From an uncultured delta proteobacterium (GTDB taxonomy: Bacteria; Desulfobacterota; Binatia; Binatales; Binataceae): a DNA stretch of 64,000 bases. Made by a program: the position numbers and the translations under genes. Below, in pieces: positions 54,401-60,737 of the stretch. Under the pieces are notes generated by a model. The model saw only the letters and a program-made list of their open reading frames with translations. It was not told the DNA's origin and made no database searches. The first letter of the stretch is position 1, and every line of letters begins with the position of its first letter. The stretch is taken from assembly GCA_963814035.1 (NCBI GenBank), contig CAWFBH010000001.1, positions 337,130 to 401,129 of the forward strand. Direction: 5' to 3'.

Positions 54401-54673
54401 GATCTCAAATTTGGCGCCGTCGATGGGGCGGCGCGCGGTCTGCTCAATTCGAATCGCACAGCGCACCGCGTCGGCGGCCGAAGAAAACGCGGCCAGCACC
54501 CCATCCCCGAGCCATTGCAGCTCCTCGCCGCCGCAGCCGCCGATCGCATCGGACATCAGTTTGTGATGGGCCCGAAAGAGCCGATGGCCAGTCTCGTCGC
54601 CGGCGCGCTCCAACAGCTGGGTGGAGTTGACTAGATCGGTAAAGAGCAGGGTCTGAGTGCCGGATGCCGCCAT
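51467..54673 (-). CDS. Class III nucleotide cyclase - AAA_16/STAND NTPase - TPR-like repeat protein (copy 2, intact)
   Basis: Same architecture as copy 1. The ATG at 54673 gives MAASGTQTLLFTDLVNST.... It has ELQWLGDGVLAAF, Walker A LQGEPGIGKSR and Walker B LVLVLDDLHWAD. Confidence 0.85.
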   Translation of the reverse strand: MAASGTQTLLFTDLVNSTQLLERAGDETGHRLFRAHHKLMSDAIGGCGGEELQWLGDGVLAAFSSAADAVRCAIRIEQTARRPIDGAKFEIRIGIHVGEVLRREDGYFGVPIVLARRLCDSAVAGQILVSKLVVDMLSARQTFSFRDKGTLALKGIATPTAVAEVLYQRNDAAALINRTPFVGRAEQLKRLSARLEEACNGQGSIVMLQGEPGIGKSRMIAEFSEFARERRAIVLKGSCYDGEWQPPYGPFAEAISQYARQAQSSELIAVCGNNAATLARIAPVLREKIGAITEPIALDKEEERFRLLDAVSQFLIELSRRAPLVLVLDDLHWADRGTVGLLNHVAHSVAANSMLLIGAYRDAEVDRMHPLARALATVRRLPNFEVLALKGLQSTELVELLSIIADQDAPEALVQTLTTETEGNPLFIREVLLHLMEEGKILRDGKGWGARFSVTELGIPEGVRSVIGRRLLKLSEDANRLLTVGACFKGAFSFDVAAAVAELDEDAALTAVDEALDAQLLRPGTTAETFDFTHALIRHSLYSGLNPARRVRLHRRIAEAMEQTWGDRASDHAAEVAYQFWCGAAASGAKRGADYAIAAANNAEAAYAHDEVIAFLRIALELLAPEDPQRPRLMARLGLSFAYTLNLEEAVKASREAADLVAVVESPAAAVEYYRTAVRAMYNGGLQRGAWTLAKEGLRYAGDRRDVNWAALNEVDLMRRAAEDPANPGIRCETANEREHRAFLKQLPPEQLRAVGLERPYESRQEIIESPDASPTALAFLAGEFRRTLPIWQHEAAEAERAGRITWAMHAWASVARCHTALGDLTLAQAAYDRAVGFSTRRVGSSPWLLNLLSAKQDLRIMLDEGWGDVFSDPAFMAMMLECRDENRYAEAGIHGAAAYILSRINQTELALQRLELLFRAIEAGAGWTYVYSAMACDTAATLWFLNRTDSIGIVERNIRNKVLAPDYRLPMRDSRLSIARLCALQHRYDEAVDWFAKARLVLEEQGARPLRAITDYDEALMYLRRGDAGDLERARPLLDLALHQFREIGMTGWVRRAEAAMTEGSGK

Positions 54674-55006
54674 GCTAAACCTACATGGCTCCCGCGACTC
54701 ACGAGGATGCGACGGATCGGAACATGTGGGTTTCCGAACCGAAACCATCGCGGCTGTTCCGAAATGCTTGAGGGTGCATTGGGTTGGCGGGCCACCGCAA
54801 CTTCTCGAACTAAAAGAGCAATCGCGTCAATTGTTGGCTTTAATGCGCTCTGTTTGGCTTATTCTTCCGAATCGTACGATCGGCCTATTCTTCTGTCAAA
54901 CTGTAGTCAAATCTGGACGTTGAGTAGCGATACCCGCGTATTTCGTACCCGCCGTAAGTCCTTCGACGTCGAGGATCCATCGGTGATACCGCGCGCGCGA
55001 AATTTA

Positions 55007-55028
55007 GTGGCACAGGCTTCAGCCTGTG
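55007..55028. repeat. REP-like palindrome GTGGCACAGGCTTCAGCCTGTG (left inverted-repeat copy)
   Basis: It forms the hairpin CACAGGC-TTCA-GCCTGTG. It is the exact reverse complement of 57053..57074. Confidence 0.85.
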
Positions 55029-55059
55029 TCTTCTTCTTCGCTGTGTTGTCGATTGACAT

Positions 55060-55126
55060 CAATCGTCCACAGACCTAAAGCCCGTGCCACCGAAGATCGC
55101 GACCGTAGAAGGCTGTGCGATGGCAC
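55060..55126 (+). repeat. 67-bp direct repeat, copy A (contains a degenerate CACAG..GTGCCAC element)
   Basis: CAATCGTCCACAGACCTAAAGCCCGTGCCACCGAAGATCGCGACCGTAGAAGGCTGTGCGATGGCAC. By eye it is about 85-90% identical to copy B, which lies 299 bp downstream. Confidence 0.8.
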
Positions 55127-55135
55127 CATCGCTGC

Positions 55136-55155
55136 GGGTCGTTCGCGAACGACCC
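55136..55155. repeat. Perfect 20-bp palindrome GGGTCGTTCGCGAACGACCC
   Basis: It is self-complementary. Its right part, plus CTACGAGGA (55142..55164), recurs exactly at 56956..56978. Confidence 0.85.
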
Positions 55156-55228
55156 CTACGAGGATCCGGCGGATCGCAACCTGGTCTGAGAGGTGCTTCC
55201 GATAAGTTTGCGATCTGGATTGCTGGTA

Positions 55229-55248
55229 GGGGCGGTTCGCGAACCGCC
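55229..55248. repeat. Perfect 20-bp palindrome GGGCGGTTCGCGAACCGCCC (REP-like, second family)
   Basis: It is self-complementary, is preceded by GTAG, and shares the TTCGCGAA core with 55136..55155. Confidence 0.85.
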
Positions 55249-55358
55249 CGCAACGATGTTCCAGTTGCGATGATTCTCGCGATTGCCTCAGATCCGTCTT
55301 TCGTAACTGGCAGAGCTTCGGCCCGTATCTGCTCTTCGATGGAATGTGGGAGTGACAG

Positions 55359-55426
55359 CAATCGTCCAGAGACTAAAGCCCTGTGCCACCGAAGATCGCG
55401 ACCGTAGAGGGTCTGTCAGATGGCAC
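55359..55426 (+). repeat. Direct repeat, copy B
   Basis: CAATCGTCCAGAGACTAAAGCCCTGTGCCACCGAAGATCGCGACCGTAGAGGGTCTGTCAGATGGCAC. Confidence 0.8.
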
Positions 55427-55518
55427 TGTAAATCACGGCGACCAGCAATACTCACCGAGTTTTCTTGCCGCTTTAATCATCGAAAGAATCCGGAAATTTT
55501 CGGAGAGTTGGTTTCCCG

Positions 55519-55752
55519 TTGCTAGCCTTCCCGCGATTCCGCCCGCAAAGCGGATGCGTGGAGAAATCAGCCTCGAATTCGACCGAATCCATAGAAGAAA
55601 GGCTCGCAAGAGAACGCGCAGAGGCGCGCGAAGAACTGCGAAACGCGGACATGGGCGCGTTCGATCGCGCTATTGATGCGCTGCTTAAGACAGGAAATAG
55701 CCAAAAACCCAGTAGAAAGAAAAAGCGGCTGGAGCAGTCGGAACAATTTTAG
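55519..55752 (+). CDS. Possible small basic coiled-coil protein (weak call)
   Basis: The ORF ends ...ESIEERLARERAEAREELRNADMGAFDRAIDALLKTGNSQKPSRKKKRLEQSEQF. Only TTG (55519) or an internal GTG is available as a start. Its stop overlaps the stop of gene C convergently. Confidence 0.25.
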   Translation: MLAFPRFRPQSGCVEKSASNSTESIEERLARERAEAREELRNADMGAFDRAIDALLKTGNSQKPSRKKKRLEQSEQF

Positions 55753-56177
55753 ATCACGTCTTGCATCAACTCTATCGGATAAGATGCGAGAGAAATCCAG
55801 TCTCGTACTCCGACCACACGGTAGGCAAGCTTTACATTAATTTTTCGTGAGCTTACAGGAATGCCCGGAACTTGAGCAATGATCCGATGACTGGGCGCGG
55901 TAAATTTCCACTTCATTTCGCTCACGGCTAGCGTCGTACCTGCGCCGGTCTCTATGGACAATTGTTGCTCGAATTCGACGTTGTTATCTTGCGGTTCTTC
56001 TTCTCGCCAAAGGGTCAGCACTGACCATTGTATCGGAAGCATGGCATTAGGCTGAATTTGAGCACCTGGAGGTAGTTTGTAGTGTATCTCCTGCAAAACT
56101 ACTATTAGCGAAATAGATTTGCTCTGTTCGTCGATAAGAACCTTCTCGCAAGGCGCGAACAACAATAGTTTTGGCAT
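55749..56177 (-). CDS. Hypothetical protein (cassette gene C, 142 aa)
   Basis: It starts 5 nt after the stop of gene B. It looks beta-rich, has no TM segment, and has low GC. I could not assign a family with confidence. Confidence 0.6.
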   Translation of the reverse strand: MPKLLLFAPCEKVLIDEQSKSISLIVVLQEIHYKLPPGAQIQPNAMLPIQWSVLTLWREEEPQDNNVEFEQQLSIETGAGTTLAVSEMKWKFTAPSHRIIAQVPGIPVSSRKINVKLAYRVVGVRDWISLASYPIELMQDVI

Positions 56178-56182
56178 CCGTT

Positions 56183-56497
56183 TCAGGCCACGCGCACGAA
56201 CTCGATCTCTGTACGCTGAGTGTTGTCTTCCTTGGAAGTAATAGCTGAGAGCTGTATTTTCTCAAGCTGGATCAATCGCTCAAGTTGCTGGAACGGTTGC
56301 CAATCTTTCGGCTTCTCGGTGGCGACGCTAAACCAAGGCGCACCGCGTAACATCCAATTGCGTCGAAGTTCCACCCAACTGTATCCAACATCGTGATACC
56401 CAAACTCAGTCCCGCAGCAAGGACAAATGTTGTGGTTTGCCGCTGGCTCGTCCATTTTGTCGTATCCGCAAACGGGGCAATAGTATGTTTGGTTCAT
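56183..56497 (-). CDS. Zinc-ribbon protein (cassette gene B, about 104 aa)
   Basis: MNQTYYCPVCGYDKMDEPAANHNICPCCGTEFGYHD has two CxxC pairs. The ATG at 56497 overlaps the stop of gene A in ATGA. The track ORF starts 12 nt further upstream. Confidence 0.6.
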   Translation of the reverse strand: MNQTYYCPVCGYDKMDEPAANHNICPCCGTEFGYHDVGYSWVELRRNWMLRGAPWFSVATEKPKDWQPFQQLERLIQLEKIQLSAITSKEDNTQRTEIEFVRVA

Positions 56498-56820
56498 CTT
56501 CTGGCACACTCACTTTGAAAGTACGCGAGATTGCTCGCTAGTCGATGCCAAGCGATTGTTGGTCGGAAAAATGTTCGTATCCTTCCGTCTGCCCTCATCA
56601 CTGCAAAGTTCTCGGTAGCTGGCTCGTATCTGATGGTATCACCATCGCGTGGCCGCACGCATTCGTACACTTTGCTTGGATCGATGGGCGCGTTCAAAAA
56701 TGCAATGGCCTCGCGTTCATACGCCTGTTCGTCGGCTATCTCAGGAAACTCCTGACTGTGCAGCAACCAATGATCTGCGCGTTTTGAAACGTGCGCGAAC
56801 GCGGTTGCTACAATTGCCAC
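56494..56820 (-). CDS. Hypothetical protein (cassette gene A, 108 aa)
   Basis: GTG start, low GC. The sequence is AHVSKRADHWLLHSQEFPEIADEQAYEREAIAFL...GDTIRYEPATENFAVMRADGRIRTFFRP. No family was recognised with confidence. Confidence 0.55.
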   Translation of the reverse strand: MAIVATAFAHVSKRADHWLLHSQEFPEIADEQAYEREAIAFLNAPIDPSKVYECVRPRDGDTIRYEPATENFAVMRADGRIRTFFRPTIAWHRLASNLAYFQSECARR

Positions 56821-56955
56821 AGTTCCAATCGGTTAAATCCCAGCAACAAATTAGTACGCATTGCTTGCTAGTGTAAAAGAAGCAAATTCCGGCCCGTCAC
56901 GTCCACCAAGAATTTAGCGAAGCTTCGACGAAGAGTCGACATTCACCTAATCCCC

Positions 56956-56978
56956 TTCGCGAACGACCCCTACGAGGA
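56956..56978 (+). repeat. 23-nt direct-repeat copy TTCGCGAACGACCCCTACGAGGA
   Basis: It is identical to 55142..55164, on the other side of the three cassette genes. Confidence 0.85.
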
Positions 56979-57052
56979 ATAGGAAGGCTCAGATAGGGGC
57001 AAGGCTTCCTCTTGGTTATTTTTTTCGATTTGGTGGATTGATCTGCGTCGGC

Positions 57053-57074
57053 CACAGGCTGAAGCCTGTGCCAC
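57053..57074. repeat. REP-like palindrome CACAGGCTGAAGCCTGTGCCAC (right inverted-repeat copy)
   Basis: It is the exact reverse complement of 55007..55028. It lies 37 nt downstream of the stop of cyclase copy 3 and could also act as that gene's terminator hairpin. Confidence 0.85.
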
Positions 57075-57110
57075 TGAAGAGAATGGTCATATCAGAAGGA
57101 GAGATTTCAG

Positions 57111-60100
57111 CTATTCTACGCCGCCGCCGCTCATCGCGGCCAGCGCACGCCGGATCCATCCGGTCATGCCGATCTCGCGAAATTGACTCAGCGCAACTTC
57201 CAGCAGCGGTCGCGCTCGTGCCAGGTCGCCGGTGCCGCCGCGACGGAGGTACATCAGCGCTTCGTCGTAGTCGGTGATCGCACGCAGCGGACGCGCGCCC
57301 TGCTCATCCAGTACCGTCGCGTGCCTTGGCGAACCAATCGACCGCCTCATCATAGCGACGTTGCAGCGCGCACAAACGACCCATCGACAAACGGCTATCG
57401 CGCATCGGATAGCGGAAGTCGGGAACGAGGACTTTTTCGCGCAGGTTGCGCTCCACCAGCCCGATCGAATCGGTACGGTCGAGGAACCACAGCGTCGCGG
57501 CCGTGTCACAGGCCATGCCGCCATAGACGAAAGTCCAACCGGCGCCGGCTTCAATCGCGGGAAACAGCAATTCGAGCCGCTGCAGCGCCATTTCAGTCTG
57601 GTTGATGCGGCTAAGGACGTATGCAGCCGCGGCGTGGATGGCCGCGGAGGCCCATTTGTTGTCCTCGCGGGTCTCCTGCATGATCGCCATCAGCACCGGA
57701 TCGGTAAAAACCTCGTCCCAGCCATCATCCAACATGATGCGCAAATCCTGCCTGGCCGAGAGCAGATTCAGCAGCCATGGCGACGATCCGACTCTGCGCG
57801 CCGAGAAGGCGACGGCGCGATCGTAGGCCGCCTGCGCCTGAGCGAGCTCTCCCAAGGCCATGTGGCATCGCGCGACGCTAGTCCACGCGTGCATTGCCCA
57901 CATGATGCGTCCGGCGCGTTCCGCCTCGACCGCCTCCTGGTGCCAGATGGGCAGGCTGCGCCGGAGCTCCCCGGCCAGGAACAGCAGCGCGCTCGGTGAG
58001 GGGTCGGGAGATTCGAGGACCTCTTTTCTCGATTCCACCGGCTGGTCCAGACCAACCGCGCGCAGTTGCTCAGGCGGGAATTGCTTCAAAATCGCCCGAT
58101 GTTCGCGTTCGTTGGGCGTCTCGACACGGATACCCGGATTGGCCGGGTCCTCGGCTGACTGGCGCATCAAATCCATCTCGTTGATCGCGGCCCAGTTGAC
58201 GTCGCGCCGATCGCCCGCATGGCGGAGCCCGTCTTTCGCCAGGGTCCATGCGGCGCGCAGCAGGCCCCCGTTGTACAGCGCACGAACGACTATCCGCAGG
58301 TATTCGGTGGCCGCGACTGGGCCTTCCGCGGCGGCAATCATGTCAGCGGCCTCGCTGCTGACTTTGACCGCCTCATCGGCACTGAGCGTATATGCGAGAG
58401 AGAGCCCGAGGCGCGCCATCAGCCGCGATCGTTGCGGATCGTCCGGCGCCAAAAGCTCGAGTGCGATGCGCAGAAACGCGACTACCTCATCATGCGCATA
58501 CACCGCTTCGGCATTGTTCGCGGCGGAGATCGCATAGTCGGCGCCGCGCTTCGCGCCGGAAGCGGCCGCGCCGCACCAGAATTGATAGGCGACCTCGGCC
58601 GCATGATCCGACACCCGCTCGCCCCACGTACGTTCCATCGCCTCGGCAATCCGCCGATGCCATCGCACCCTGCGGGCAGGATTCAAGCCCGAGTAAAGCG
58701 AATGACGAATGAGGGCGTGGGTGAAATCGAAAGTTTCTGCGGTGGTTCCCGGACGCAGAAGCTGCGCATCGAGGGCTTCGTCAACCGCGGTCAGCGCCGC
58801 ACCTTCATCCAGCTCGGCAACCGCGGCGGCGACATCGAATGAGAACGCACCCTTAAAGCATGCGGCGACGGTCAGCAGCCGGTTGGCGTCTTCAGAGAGC
58901 TTCATCAGGCGGCGCTCGATGACGCTGCGCACGCCTTCGGGAATGCCCAGTTCGGTGACGCTGAACCGCGAGCCCCATCCCTCGCCGTCGCGCAGAATCT
59001 TGCCCTCTTCCATCAGATGAAGGAGGACTTCGCGAATAAAGAGCGGATTGCCTTCGGTTTCCGCGGTCAGGGTCTGGACCAGCGGCTCGGGCGCCTCCTG
59101 GTCGGCGATGATGGACAGCAACTCGACCAACTCGGTGCTCTTCAAACCTTTGAGGGCGAGGACTTCGAAGTTCGGCAGCCGCCGAACCGTGGCAAGGGCG
59201 CGCGCCAGCGGATGCATCCGGTCCACCTCGGCATCGCGGTAAGCGCCGATAAGCAGCATCGAATTGGCGGCGACATTATTGGCCACATGGTTGAGCAGCC
59301 CGACGGTGCCGCGATCGGCCCAGTGCAAATCATCGAGCACCAGCACCAGGGGCGAGCGGCGCGCGACTTCGATGAGAAACTGCGAAACCGCATCGAGGAG
59401 GCGGAATCTTTCTTCTTCTTTGTCGAGCGGAGCGGGCTCGATGATGGTGCCGATTTTCTCGCGCACCGCCGGTGCGATGCGGGCAAGCGTGGCGGCATTG
59501 TTCCCGCATACCGCGATAAGCTCGGAGGACTGGGCCTGGCGCGCATACTGGCTGATGGCCTCGGCGAAGGGGCCGTAGGGCGGTTGCCATTCGCCGTCGT
59601 AGCAGGCGCCGCGCAGCACGATCGCTCGGCGCTCGTGCGCGAACTCGGAAAACTCAGCAATCATGCGGCTTTTTCCGATGCCGGGCTCGCCCTGGAGCAT
59701 CACGATCGAGCCCTGGCCGTTGCAAGCCTCTTCGAGCTTCGCGGAAAGGCGGCTGAGTTGCTCGGCACGGCCGACGAAGGGGGTGCGATTGATCAGGGCG
59801 GCGGCATCATTGCGCTCATAGACCACCTCGGCAACGGGGGTGGGCGTCGGGATGCCTTTGAGCATGCGGGCATCGAGTTCGCGAAAAGCGAATGCTTGCC
59901 GCGCCGACAACATATCAACTATGAGCCTGCTACATAGGATCTGCCCGGCGACCGCGCTATCGCATAGCCGGCGCGCCAACACGATCGGGACGCCGAAGTA
60001 ACCGTCCTCACGTCGGAGCACTTCGCCGACGTGAATGCCGATGCGGATCTCAAATTTGGCGCCGTCGATCGGGCGACGCGCGGTCTGCTGGATTCGAATC

Positions 60101-60318
60101 GCGCAACGCACAGCGTCGGCGGCGGAGGCATAGGCGGCCAGCACGCCATCGCCTAACCATTGCAACTCCTCGCCGCCATTGGTGCTGATGGCGTTAGACA
60201 TCAACTTGTGATGGGCCGCGAAGAGGCGATGACCGGCTTCGTCACCGGCGCGCCCCAAGAGCTGCGTAGAATTCACCAAATCTGTGAAAAGCAGCGTTAA
60301 GGTTCCTGATTCCGCCAT
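57111..60318 (-). CDS. Class III nucleotide cyclase - AAA_16/STAND NTPase - TPR-like repeat protein (copy 3), one frame break at about 57318
   Basis: ORF 57304..60318 (1004 aa) ends prematurely at ...WFAKARDGTG. Removing one G near 57318 gives ...AKARTVLDEQGARPLRAITDYDEALMYLRRG..., which continues in ORF 57111..57554 and parallels the copy 2 C-terminus. Confidence 0.85.
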
Positions 60319-60691
60319 CTCATACCTCGGTGGCGGGAACGGCGCGGAAATCGATAAATTGAGGGCTCATGCTGACATGCACGGGGACGTTGAATCCCCA
60401 GATGCAGACAAACCGGACGGCGGTATTAGCCCGTCTCATTCGTAGCTCACTTCAGACCCTCAAACGTGCTCGAAACTTAGCTCCGCGATGCACGTTTAAG
60501 CTTAATTGAGCTACATGCTACGACGCCGCGACATTCTATGTCAAATTGTAGGCGAACCCCAACAAACTGTTTATCTTCGTACGCCGGCTGTGTGGCTTGA
60601 AGTTGAGGAAATGTCCACTCTGTGTCGGCCTATAACCCGACTCGATGTCGGCATGGGGCGAGCGGAAAGCAGCGCGACGGATATATGAGGG

Positions 60692-60729
60692 CCGGCCGGT
60701 CCGGGAGCATAGCGCGCCGAACCGGCCGG
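60692..60729 (-). terminator. Hairpin after the amidohydrolase gene (possible terminator, no clear U-tract)
   Basis: CCGGCCGGT and ACCGGCCGG form a 9-bp stem with a 20-nt loop, directly downstream of the stop at 60738. Confidence 0.35.
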
Positions 60730-60737
60730 TTATCTAT

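Larger units (their letters stand above)
55007..57074. other. Low-GC 2.07-kb cassette between cyclase copies 2 and 3, bounded by repeats
   Basis: A perfect 22-nt inverted repeat sits at the two ends. A 23-nt direct repeat sits just inside it. Three tightly packed small genes lie in between. GC is about 44% in a 100-nt sample of gene C, against about 62% in the neighbouring cyclase gene. Confidence 0.5.

Noticed and set aside
55060-55426. Possible CRISPR array, suggested by the repeated approximately 67-bp units.
   Set aside because: There are only two copies. The repeat length and the 299-bp period are far outside CRISPR norms, the intervening sequence contains other palindromes, and there are no cas genes in the window.
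55084-55676. ORFs 55084..55407 and 55383..55676, both starting VPPKIATVEG, and minus-strand ORF 55059..55361.
   Set aside because: The shared N-termini are simply the translated direct repeat. The remainder is low-complexity read-through of REP-like palindromes, with no ribosome-binding site or family resemblance.
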